Origin: Octopus vulgaris | Taxonomy: Eukaryota | Reading direction: 5' to 3' | Length of the DNA stretch: 64,000 nucleotides | Assembly: GCA_951406725.2 (NCBI GenBank) | Contig: OX597832.1 | Span: 15,996,001-16,060,000 of the forward strand | Part shown: in pieces, positions 1 through 11,859 of the stretch | How the letters are laid out: each line of letters opens with the position of its first letter | Numbering within the stretch: position 1 is the first letter of the stretch | Made by a program: the position numbers and the translations under genes | Notes under the pieces: model-generated | Databases searched by the model: none | What the model was told of the DNA's origin: nothing | What the model saw: only the letters and a program-made list of their open reading frames with translations

Positions 1-29
1 TCCTTAATCCATTCTGTTCGTCATAAACG

Positions 30-220
30 CTTCAAAATCGGTGTTCGCATGTTGACGCCCCGACACGTAGCGATTCAGCAATAACAATAAATGGATTGAA
101 ACGGTACAGAACTTGAGAAGATATGAATAATGGGTCGACTATTTCGACTAACATTATTGAAGGCAGTGCCATAGTATAGTCGCTGTGCAATCCCAATTTA
201 ATGAAATAATGAAATAAAGT
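30..220 (+). mobile_element. Degenerate 3' half of the main tRNA-derived SINE family
   Basis: Weak visual similarity to the SINE tails at 29060-29240 and 40995-41175 (gggtcgact...gaaggcagtgcc...gaaataa). Confidence 0.45.
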
Positions 221-433
221 TACAAGCTGTCAACTCGCTTTGGAACAATTTAAACCTCTACCTATTCGAATTTTGATGTTTGTAATATATCAGTATTTCA
301 TTCTATGCCCCTTGATTATTTGGATTTGGTGGAAAGTTCCAGAAAGCGATTGTTGAACCATTTGTAGATCCATAGAAAATTTCAATAAATCAGAAGTTAT
401 ACGTCGTATTTTATTTAAAGTCTTTAGTTCTCG

Positions 434-436
<3 letters not shown>

Positions 437-529
<93 letters not shown>

Positions 530-665
530 ATATACACGTCTGTGTGTGCATGTATGTATGTACTAGTATGTGTGTGTGTGAGTGTGTTTGTGTGTGTATG
601 TGTGTGTATAGATACATATATTATGTATGTGTGTATATATGTATGATTGTATATGTGTATGAATG
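437..665. repeat. (TA)n/(TG)n microsatellite
   Basis: Direct observation. Confidence 0.95.
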
Positions 666-1837
666 CTTTTGACCACACACAATTAGTTTCGTCTCTATGT
701 ATGGTTGTGAAAGTATTTGTGATATTACATACACAAAATTTAATACTGCTGGGAAAGAATTCAAATCAGAACTACAATTCCATAATGCCACGTGTATTAT
801 CTACAATGCTCCAAGTGTGTCAGCTTAATTTCCTTAGAACCATCGTTGAAGATCAAACATTCTTTTGATCTGTATCTACTATGTTCTTACAAAGATATAA
901 TTCCGACTTGGTCTGTTAAATACTGTTTACCATTACGCTTTCCGAAGCTCTGCAGGGATCATAGAGTAATATTGATCATATAGCAAATTTTTTTTTTTTT
1001 TTTGTATTTTAGAAGGTTAATATGTTAAAATCATAAAAAAAAGCATTACCTACGTTATTGGATTCTATCCCGCTTTTATTTGAACTATCAATGTAACATG
1101 TGAGATGACACTGCTGTTATATATTTATACATAGAGAAAGGTATTTGTTATTATCATTGAAACGAATAACATTTTCTGAAATAATATTCTCTCCGTGTTG
1201 AGTATGTGTGTTGATTTTAGAGCTAGACTAGAATTTTTTTTTTTATTATTGTGTTATATATTTTTTCTTAGCTTCTCTATGTTTCTGTGTCTGATAAATG
1301 TTTAGTTGAAATGTATTGACGTAAGTGATTGCGTTTTATCATCTGTATGGTTATGAAAAAAATACTGAATTACATTCCATATATTTAGTCATAGAATCTA
1401 CAAAGTGTGCTTGTAAGTCCACGAATCATCAAACAAACATCTGCTTTCATGTATACCCATTATATCGCTTAAGTAGAAAGCTTGCCAAACAGATATTTTT
1501 TTCGCTATCCTAATAAAATTGGTTCAAAGGAATAAAGATAGGCAATTGTAATATCTTTCGGGTTGTATAGCTGTAAAGAATGATATGTTACAAGAATATT
1601 AATATTAGAAATAATAGTGATGAAGGCGACGCCATTGATGGTGTTGATGGTTACAAACCTGATGGTGATGATTACGATAACAATAATAACGCACTTACCA
1701 TGCAATATAAGCGATATTATGAACAGCTAATATTAACGAAGGAAAACAATGAACACGGCAAAAAAGTTCTCCTCCCCTTCCTCTTCCTCTTTCTCGTCCT
1801 CCACCTCATCGACCTCCCCTTCCTCCTCCGCATCATA

Positions 1838-1838
1838 T

Positions 1839-1873
<35 letters not shown>

Positions 1874-2317
1874 TCATTACTACAACTACCACTGCTACTA
1901 CTACTAATACTACCAGTAGTACCAGAAGTGGTAGCAGAAGCAGCAGTAGCAGCAGCAGCAGCCGTTCAAGAATTTGGACCTGGAGATCTCCATATCCAAG
2001 GACGTCCAGGGCCACCTCCCAGTGGTGTCGGGCGTCAGCGAAGCGCCCTCCACTACAAGATGAACAAAGTTTTTGTCCCAAGGTGTGGGGTTTCGCGTCC
2101 CTAAGCCCTAGACCATCACCTAATCACCCTTAACAACAACAACAACAACAGCGGCAGCAGCAGTAGTAGTGGTAATAGTAGTACTTCTAGATACTTAAAG
2201 CTCCTATATTGTTACTGCAACTACTACTAGATATAAAGCTCCACTACTACTACCAGCAACACTGCTACAACAACTATCACCGCTACTATAAGTACGACTA
2301 ATAATATTAGTAGTATC

Positions 2318-2393
<76 letters not shown>

Positions 2394-2424
2394 ATAGTAG
2401 TAGTAGTAGTAGTAGTAGTAGTAA
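1838..2424. repeat. Compound (CTA)n/(CAG)n/(AAC)n/(TAG)n microsatellites with a ~170-bp GC-richer insert (1962-2130)
   Basis: Direct observation. Confidence 0.85.
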
Positions 2425-2429
2425 TACAA

Positions 2430-3760
2430 ATATAACTGTTTTAAGTATCTAGGAGTATTAGAAACTGACAGAATGCTAAATATAGAAATGAAGACAAAAA
2501 TTGAGAAGGTGTGTATCAGATGAGTGTGGTAGCTAAAGGAAGTGAAAGCTAAATGATCTGAATCTAGTTAAGATTGTAAATATTCCAGCTCTATGGTTAA
2601 TTAGATACTCATCAGTTTTTGTAGATTAGACGAAAATTGAATCAGCAAAGCCAGAGAGAACATCTAGGAAATAATTCGATATGAATGGATGACTCAACCC
2701 AAGATCAAGAGTAGAAAGATCATACTTACCTAGAAATGAAGGTGGAAGAAGGTTAATATCAGTAGATGACTGCGTGGAGTTAGAAAGAATAGATAGAGAC
2801 TCATATGTAGATAATGCTAAAGAAAGTTTACAAAAAGCTGGTAGAGTCACAACAAGGCATAGGGAAACCAAATAGACTAATCGAAATTTTAAAAATCACA
2901 AAACAACAGAACTTATCTAACTGGCAGGAGAAAACATTGCATGGCAGTTTCCCAAATATAATTGCAGCAAATGGTAACAGATAGACATGGGTACGGTTGT
3001 ATAAATGAAAGGGAAAAGGGTGACAGAAAGTTTGTATTTTGCTAGTAGCAGCACAGGATCAAGTATAGATGACTAATTCATTAAAAGTTAATTTTTAAAA
3101 CATAATTATAATTTGCCAATAGAGGTTATGCAAATCAAGAGAGTAAAGCGTTACTCATATAGTAATGTTGAATGTAGCATGCTGCACAGAAAGAATACAA
3201 GAAAATACATGACATCTTGGGGAGGGTAACCCACTAGGAGTTATGTAGAAAGCTACGATTTTAATATATTGATAAATGGTATGAATATGAACCAAGGTAA
3301 GTACTAAAAAATAAGAAATATATGATGTTATGAGGCGTTAACATTCAGACTGACAGAGTAAGAGAATATAAAATGCTTGATTTTGTAGTAGTAGAAGAAA
3401 GCGATTAGAAAGTGACAGTTCTATATGATAAGAAAATCAATATGTGAGGTATAGAAAATACAGCAAAATACCAGGACCAAACCATTGAATTACAGACTCT
3501 ATGCAAATGCGGGTAACATGTATACTAGTAAGCATAGGTGTATTATGAACTATACCTAAAGATTGGAACAGATGTAAAGAGGAAATGGAAATAGAAACCG
3601 TTTTAGGACAGTGTTATTAGGAAAGCTGCAGAAAACTGTCATTACGATACTAAGGATGGATCTTGGGCACCTAAGTTTTCTTATTGTAGCTTGAAGTTAG
3701 AAGATTTTCGGTTCCTAAAATCAAAGCTGCTGTGTGTATATGAATATAAATAATGATAAT
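2430..3760 (+). mobile_element. Degenerate 5'-truncated R4/Dong-like non-LTR retrotransposon (RT thumb, zinc finger, RLE)
   Basis: Broken frames give FKYLGVLETD, PRSRVERSYLPRNEGGRRL, WQEKTLHG, AAQDQ, WYEYEP and KYQD, collinear with the 18-19.7 kb ORFs; starts directly after a (TAG)n tract. Confidence 0.85.
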
Positions 3761-3809
3761 CCTTACCATTAAAAATTCAATGTCTGAAAATTTAGGGGAG
3801 AAACTAGTT

Positions 3810-3905
3810 CATATGACCCGGAGACATTTGAACTCAGAACGTAAAGACGGATAGAGTGCTACTAAGTAGGCGTCCTAAAGATTTTGCCAGCTCACCACCT
3901 TTCGC
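3810..3905 (-). mobile_element. SINE 5' fragment (same family as 63800-64000)
   Basis: Reverse-complement similarity: tttgaactcagaacgtaaagacgg...ttttgccagctcaccacctt. Confidence 0.6.
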
Positions 3906-3907
3906 TC

Positions 3908-4029
3908 ATAATAATAATAATAATAATAATGATAATAATAATATTAATAATAACAATGATAATAATAATAATATTAATAATAATAATAATAATAATAATG
4001 ATGATGATGATAATAATAATGATAATAAT

Positions 4030-4091
<62 letters not shown>

Positions 4092-4125
4092 TGATGATAA
4101 TAATAATAATAATAATGATAATAAT

Positions 4126-4180
<55 letters not shown>

Positions 4181-4262
4181 GAAGAAGAAGAAGAAGAAGA
4201 AGAAGAAGAAGAAGAAGAAGAAGAAGAAGAAGAAGAAGAAGAAGAAGAAGAAGAAGAAAAGA
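3908..4262. repeat. (AAT)n followed by (AAG)n microsatellite
   Basis: Direct observation. Confidence 0.95.
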
Positions 4263-4708
4263 AGAAGACGGAGATGGAGAAGTAGAAGAAAATCTCAATT
4301 GGAAACGTGTTGAATAAAATCATAACTACTTCATCCTCATCTATTTACCGTGAAGTAACGGTTGCAATTACATATGTTGAGAGAAGTTGGGTATAAGATT
4401 TCAAGGAATTGTGCATTATGGTGAAATTGACGAATATTTATTTCTGAAATTCAAACTTTCGTGCAGCTGTTCAAGAGACCACATTTTACTTTTACCGTGA
4501 CCTCTCCTTTTCTATTGATATTTTTATTCATTTGCTCCCCAAATTTGTGCCTATTTTATTATCATGTGTATAAGATCTGATTTGTTCAGTGGATTGCTTT
4601 GTGGCTCTTTCACGAAACGATGAACAAAGCGCTCAAAATCAACGATGAATTCAACTCGTATATCTTTATTTCATCTTACTGCTCGGTTAGAGTGACAAGC
4701 TTAGCACA

Positions 4709-5413
4709 TTATTCCCATTGATGTAGCTGAATAAATTGTAACACGTTACTTTGTACTAATACTCTAGGGTGCTTGTGTGATGAAGCAGGAGATGGATTCT
4801 TAACTGGTAGAAATATTTTAAGAAAGCACACAGGAATATGAATGACATTATACATCATAGTTGCGGGAAAAACGTACATCAATTACTAGTGTGCATTTCG
4901 CATCTGTACTGAAACAAGACAGAAACAGAAAGAGTAAGCAATCTCCCAAGTATATTGGTCACAGATAACTGAAGTAGCAAATTATCTTTTTCTGTGATAA
5001 ACCTCAAACATACGCCTCCTGCGGTTTCTGTATTTTGTGAAGATAACCTAAATTTTCAGTTGATATTTACTTCGTCCTTCAACCATCAATTACAAATTGA
5101 AATTCATTTTGAGGTGTACCTGTTTTATTAGTATAAACCAAATATATCACTTATCTACTGAAAAATTGTCTGTTGTCGCTGTGTTTTTGTTACAGTTGTA
5201 ATAGTTAGAGAATATACACCGATCTTTGTACCAATGAGTTTCGTTGTGCTCAGCATCATGCTCCCGTGTACTTGAAGTTACCTCCAAGATTTTACCACTA
5301 TGTAATTCTTTGTGAAAATCCAAACCCCAGTTTAATATCGACATGCAATCAATTGACAAAATTCACAAATGGAATAGATTATAATCTGTGACAGAACCTC
5401 TTTGAGCAGTCCC
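4709..5413 (-). pseudogene. Otopetrin-like pseudogene, putative last exon (C-terminal half)
   Basis: ttttgcag acceptor at 5414-5421; translation GLLKEVLSQIIIYSICEF, frameshift, SIDCMSILNW (cf. SPYLFPCTIEYSLICA..W); later SVTNI and YVFPATMMYNVIHIPVCFLKIF (cf. LPLxIFYRFHSxVCLxEIW); multiple stops and frameshifts. Confidence 0.45.
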
Positions 5414-7149
5414 CTGCAAAACGAATATTGAGTACATGTGGAAAGTAGACATACTAATACAAACGCAAGTATTTAATCAAAGGATTATGAAACGCTGCAG
5501 AAACATAAAAAGGTATGCTTGTAATAACTCACGAGTAAGCCTCTTTGAAATGAAAGTGATATAGTAAAAAAAAAATTGCATACGCTAACCAAATGGATTC
5601 AAGTTTTCAAGACACCAATTAAGATTAAAAATTAGCATGTGGTTACTTTCATACTTGTACAAAAGTGGATGATATAAATATCCAGAAGGCAAACTACATA
5701 CATATAGTAATCTATATCATATATGATTTTTATATTTTCCACAAGCAGAAGTTGCTAATCAAATATCGAATTTCAAAAATGCATAATGAAATCGAATTTC
5801 GATTAGAGCTGCTGTATTTGAGGCAACGGGAAATGGATTTGGAAGCGAAAGAGCATGTTAAACTGCAGAAGAAAACAATTCGGATTTAAGCACTAGATTT
5901 TATATGAACCATTCAAGTTTCTCCTCATATATTAATTAAACAAACTTGTCGGGTGTGCTATGTTTCTCCGAGGAAAAATTGAATGCTGATGGGACATGTC
6001 AGAGTCCTAACACGCATCGGCACTTACGACTTCATACTTTGGTAAATGATGGGGTACGAAAGTAAGTGGGCATTTTATAGAATGCTATGTGCTGTATAAC
6101 CCTTTACATTCTTTCGTTTTGACAATTTACTACACAATATCGAGCACTACTTAACACTGTAAATAAGAAGAGCATGAAGGCATTGAAACAGTGTTTAGCT
6201 CAACTTCCAGCTCTGTGGATTTTAAGATGAAAATCTTGATTAACTTAAAATTAACCAACTTACGCTTGGAATGAAAATGTATGATACAATGTTCATTTTA
6301 ATTTTATCTGAATAAATATGCTGTCTATTTTCGAGTCGGAATTATAAAAAAAGTAAAAACATACTAGTGTTGAATCGCTGAATAATACAGTGTGTGTAAA
6401 AGCATTGACCATTATTAACAACGTCAAGGCTGCAGAGAATTGCAACTAGACTGATTTTGAAAAGCAATCTTCGTTAACAAAACAACTAAAACCAATTTAA
6501 AAGCTAAAATATATATATGTGCTTCATGCCTACTGAGACGTCTGTCACATTGTTAATTTAAGCAGTAGTTTGTAAATTCTTTATTAACATCTTTAACTTC
6601 AGTATAGATTGGAAAATAAATGCATGTAACATATGTCATGGTGTTATACATTTCTTGGTTTCCCACGAAAAGTAATTAAAATATGTTTTATGTCTTCGTA
6701 TTTAACCATTTCAATTCGATTGACATTGTCAGTACAGGACATTTTTTCTTTCAGTAACTACCATCAGAAATTTAACTCTATGTTGTTTAATTCTGAAAGC
6801 TTCTTCTAAATATGCTGTTTTCTGCTGATTAACATGATTTGAAGAGGACTGCGTAGTGTAGTTGAATGGTGGATATGGAACGTTATAATAAATCCTCAAT
6901 AAAAAAGAAACAGTATAAACCGGGAAGAATATCGCCGGGTTCGGTTTTGAAAAAAATCAATTAATGACGTATCCTACTAATAAGTGCAGAAGAACTAGGT
7001 TGGCTTCGATGACACTCACAAAATAAGGAAAAAAAGGAAACATTATTACAATTTAATTTGTGTACATATATAATGTCTACTAGAGAGTGATGCAACGTCT
7101 AAATCATTTGTTTTTCTTTGTTTATTTACCCAGTTAGCATGCTGGTGCT

Positions 7150-7800
7150 GACTCAGGCTTATGCATGTAGTTACATAAATCGTGGCAATTTAACCATACT
7201 GTCTTGTGTCATACATGGTGGAAGGTTATTGGATGGCACGTCTGCAGCAATAATGATTGTTAATCGAAAATCGATGCTAGGTTGTGGATGGCCACGTGTA
7301 TTTCAGTGCGTGACTTGGAAATTGAGATTTGTTAATATTGGTGGATATGCTTTCGAAGGCGAGATAAATATCGGGGATGATAGATTTAAATCATAACGGA
7401 GCGTTACAATTCTCGACGAAAGAATGATGAGTGAGGACATTAATGTGTGAATGCTTCTGGACATTGGACACGGGGTGACAACAATATTTTCATAGGAGAA
7501 TTTGGTGAAGAAGAGACTGTTAATTGTACGTTCTAGTTACTTTAGGTGGACGGCCTAGGAAAGAAAAATAAAAGTTGAATATAAAACCTATGAACGCGTT
7601 AATAAGAAATATGAGTGATAAGAAGTCGTGTAAGTTTATCAGGTTTGCTGAAAAGGTGTTAATTTCTGTAATACCTTATGTACTAAACAAATTGGCACAG
7701 AGTCTCCAAGTGTATGGAAAGTGTCTGTATTGAGGAAATCTTTTCCCCAATGAATTACTTTCTGACGATAGAAAGCGAGAATTCAAGTAGAAGTACATCC
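7150..7800 (-). mobile_element. Highly degenerate CR1/L2-type LINE 3' fragment
   Basis: Minus strand encodes NTRGHP near 7290 followed by NNLPP near 7220, resembling the CR1 C-terminal TRGH...WNxLP motif. Confidence 0.35.
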
Positions 7801-8024
7801 GTTAAGTCTGAAGCTAAACAGTGTTCCTCTGTAAATGTTCAAAGGCAAACGCTTATATACATTATAATTGCATCATCACACATGTGGTTTCTGTGGTCTG
7901 TCCGTTAAAATATTGATATAAAAATAAATCAATACTATAATTACACATTTAAATATATGTACGATTATCTGAACTCTATTGCAAATTGTCTTATGATGAA
8001 CCAACTTGTTTTATTTGTACGCAT

Positions 8025-8206
8025 ATAGGCGCAGGCGTCACTGTGCAGTATAACGCTTTCTTCCAAATCACATGGTCTTTCGCGTTCAGTTCCACTCCAT
8101 GACCTCTTGTGAGGGTGCCTTGTTCTATAGTCTCAGACCCTCGGGCCGCTCAGGCCCTTGTGCGTGGTTTTGGGAGGAGGAAACTGAAATAAGCACGTCG
8201 CATATG

Positions 8207-8287
<81 letters not shown>

Positions 8288-8395
8288 GTATATAAGTACC
8301 GGGGTTGATTCTTTCGACAAAATGTTCAAGAAGGGGGTGCCCCATTATGGCTGTAATCTACTGACTGAAACACATAAAAGATGAAAGATAAAAGA
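8025..8395 (+). mobile_element. tRNA-derived SINE with internal (TA)n
   Basis: Head ggcgcaggcg...gttcagttccact, body ggaaactgaa, tail ctgactgaaac...aaaagat; homologous to 28856-29240 and 40583-41175. Confidence 0.8.
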
Positions 8396-10129
8396 TAATT
8401 GCATATTACTGTGTGTCTGTGTGTATAAGGGTGCGCAAAAAAAATCCAATTGATCACCAGGAATAGAGCAATAAAGAAAGATTTCAAATGTCTTACTGTC
8501 AGACTAATGGATGATTTCTTTATTATTTTATTTAAATATATATATCAGTATGTATGTATATATACATGGATGATGATGATCTTGAATGTTTGACGTTACG
8601 AAATATTTGCTAAAAGAACCATAATCATTGCCGGATGCTATTGTCTGCGTAGTAAGCAATTAATCTAATAGTTTAAAGTTCTTTGTTGAGCAAACATTGG
8701 CTGAAAAATACCCTCTACTACCAAGGTAAAAAAAAAAGAAAAGCATCAAATATTTTTAGAGAAGTACCAGGAACTGACAATAGTATAAATTCTTAATCTA
8801 CAGTGACAGTATATCTAAATTCCTCTATTGAAAGCTAACGTAACTACTAATCAGATATTTTGCTGTGGGACATAAGCTATTTAATCCCCAGCCCTTTTTT
8901 CTTCGGTGATACTATTACCTAAAACCGGAACCCATGGTATTGAAAGTTACACCATTAATGTAACCAAATAGAACACACCATTTCACCCAGTGCTCTGTCA
9001 CCTCTAACTCAGCGATTCACCAACGTTTCGTACGACACAATATTGATTCGGTTAATCTTATTCATTCTGTAATGAAGACTGACAAATTCGATTCCACCAT
9101 CATTTCAGTGCTAAATCTAATACCATATCTTAGGTTGTCCTAAATTCTCAATCCTATGTCAGCGAAATAATACTGATTACGTACTTTGGCACAAGTCCAC
9201 GAAATTTTAGAGGAACGAAATTAAATTTTGTAATGTTCGTGTCTTCTCAAAAGCTGTCGCCTACTGCATTCAACAGAGATTAGTAGTGAGAAAGCAGACA
9301 CATACGCATGCACACACATATATGTATATATCTATCAAGAAATATTATGAGACATATTCTGAACTATGAAACTGTAAATGTGTATATTATGTGATATTTT
9401 AAGTATCTAAATATGAATTATATTTGGTTTCATTCTCTTTACTTAAAAAAATGTTCTCTATATGCATACTATTATTTTAGACTCTTTTTTGTTGAAACTA
9501 AATGCTATTTTCTCACCAGTTGAATTAATGACACTAAATACTTCTCGTTACTCGAAGCTTGTTTGAAAATTAACGCTAACAGATAAAACAGAAGTTCCTA
9601 CACTGCGATCGATCTAAATTTAACAGTTTGCATAAAAGAAAACTAATATATCCAAACTAAACATAAACGTATTATAAAAAAAGTATTAAAAACATTAACT
9701 AGATTACAGATGGAGGAAAAAAGTTTGCTCAGAATACCTGCCAACATCTATCACTACGACCTCAAGACGGTACCGGAACCAGGCATATATTTATCTCATT
9801 GTGTTCCTTGGAATATCTTCGAACACATATTATGTCATAGCCACCAGTTTGGCTGTCGTTTTGCTGGTAGAATGGTTGATGTCTTTCTCAAACGCTACCT
9901 ATACATAGTACTTATGAGATCAAAATTAGGGGAATCGGGACTGGCGAAGTCTCAGACATGCTCTGACAATACACATTTGACTACTTCAAGAACTATAGGA
10001 AGAGACCGGATCCTCCAGCTATAGATATGGTCATCGTTTCAACTCAGTCTCCTGCCTCTTTTGTATTCGTATCAGATGAGCCTGTCGAGTCATCTAATAT
10101 AATGAATATATACTGTCTCTTTTCTAACT

Positions 10130-10715
10130 GGAACCTGCTTCGTAGTTCCTATTGCAACTGCCCACGTCATGGTATGTAGCCTTTACTGTATTCACAAAGC
10201 ACTGAGCAGGACTTAATTTGTTCGTGTCTAATATTGAAATGGCTCTCAATATTCCATGTCATTTAAATTTCTCTCGGCTACATTTGCAGTATATGTTCTC
10301 CAGCGGCGTTCATACTGTCCAATTATCTTCTCTTTCTGAAAAGAGATGTAAAAGATAAGAAAAAATTTCACCCTAACAGCATGTATATCATATGAAATAT
10401 CATGCTGCATTGCGTCAACGGTGTTGAAAACAATACGTATACCAAACAAAATTAACCCAATCCTAAATCCCATATAGATATACAAATCACTAGAATTCTT
10501 ATTAGACCCAGATTCATTGTTCCAGATATAGCTACATATTTTTTGTAATTCCACAAACTTTAGACGCTGTACTGATGTGCACATCCCCAGAGGTATGAGC
10601 AAAGGAACAGAAATGATATCATCTTTCCATGCATTATCAAACTCCGAAGGTTTACATAGATATATTGAATACTGAAGTATTGCGCATGCTTCAAAGAATA
10701 TAACAATCGTGATTC
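10130..10715 (-). pseudogene. Otopetrin-like pseudogene, putative middle exon
   Basis: Open frame GITIVIFFEACAILQYSIYLCK...YMGFRIGLILFGI (cf. YLRxGAVAFGI)...VKFFLIFY...NVAERNL, then 1-nt frameshift to MTW (cf. HxVATNLCVW); ag acceptor at 10716-10717. Confidence 0.5.
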
Positions 10716-11069
10716 CTTAAAACCTTCATATAATATAATATAATTTATCAGTAGAGAGAATCATGTCGTAATATCACACATGTGCATATTGGATAGGCAC
10801 ATATTTTTTCGGAAAATAGTATCACGATGACAAGATTTCATTATTAATGGTGATGCGGCACTACAATAATATAACAAATGAAAAAGAACCATGTATCCAA
10901 ATGGCATATATATATATATACAAAATGCTTTAGTATGTCATTGTACATTGTATGTAGATAATGTTTGCACTGTCTTCCTGGGTATTTTCATATGCGTGTG
11001 AAAGATACCTTTTTAAAATAATATTTGTGTTCTGTGTTGATAGTATTTATGCTTGTGTGGGTTATAGAG

Positions 11070-11325
11070 GAATTACAACCGTGTTCCGTGGTCTGCTACC
11101 ACAACAGGTCATTTCCAGCATCCAGTTAGCTCAAGACATAATCAGGAGGAACCACGTCCGGTTTTGGCCCCTACTCCTCTACCGTTTTGACTTGCCCACC
11201 CCCTTTCGGAGGTGTCTTCAGCTCTGGTGTTGGGTGCATGTCTTCTATTTCTTCTTCTTTCTTCTGTTCCCTGGCCTCTTCGATGCATCGTCAGCGAGTG
11301 TCAGCCGGTGACTGACTGACTTGTC
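11070..11325. repeat. GC-richer interspersed repeat fragment (possibly RTE-derived)
   Basis: Compositional shift; ends in (gact)n; no firm family assignment. Confidence 0.3.
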
Positions 11326-11681
11326 AAACTTTTCACCTTAAATAACTGCCGCCAGGCTCCAGCAGACAGCCCCAGCAAGTTGTCAAGTGACACTGTCTCA
11401 CCTTTAACGCCAATGCTCTTGCAATTAGGCATAATGATTGGGCATCGGTCCCTATTAACATATAAATATGTTCGTAAAATTCATATCCCAAGTACTTTTC
11501 TTGGGTATTCATCTGTGATATAGTTTCTTCAAGAATAACATAATTCACAAGTCAGTCCTGCAACTATTATTAAACTTATTTGTCATGAAATATTACACAA
11601 CGCAATTCATATGTAAATATATATTAATTCAATTATGTATTTATTAGTGAGTGATACAAGAGTCATTACTATAACGTGTAC

Positions 11682-11859
11682 CAAGTTCAATGTTTCAGAA
11701 CTCCACGATGGCAAGAGTTGCAGAATGATTGCTGTCACTGTGAACAAGAACCTGGAATCCCCCATATCTTACGCATATCACTGACACTGAGCGTAAGCAA
11801 ATGTACTTTAGTGTTGCTGCTTTTTTATAGAGATTATTCAAATATTGTTTTACATTGAT
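11682..11859 (-). pseudogene. Otopetrin-like pseudogene, putative TM1 exon
   Basis: SVSVICVRYGGFQVL, frameshift, FTVTAIILQLLP (cf. LSxxYGxxLVV TM1); possible gt donor at 11680-11681. Confidence 0.35.

Noticed and set aside
1580-2104. 174-aa ORF with a hydrophobic stretch resembling a membrane protein
   Set aside because: The hydrophobic run comes from (CTA)n/(CTC)n repeats.
9710-10090. 104-aa ORF / possible LINE fragment
   Set aside because: No recognisable motif in the frames examined; left unassigned.
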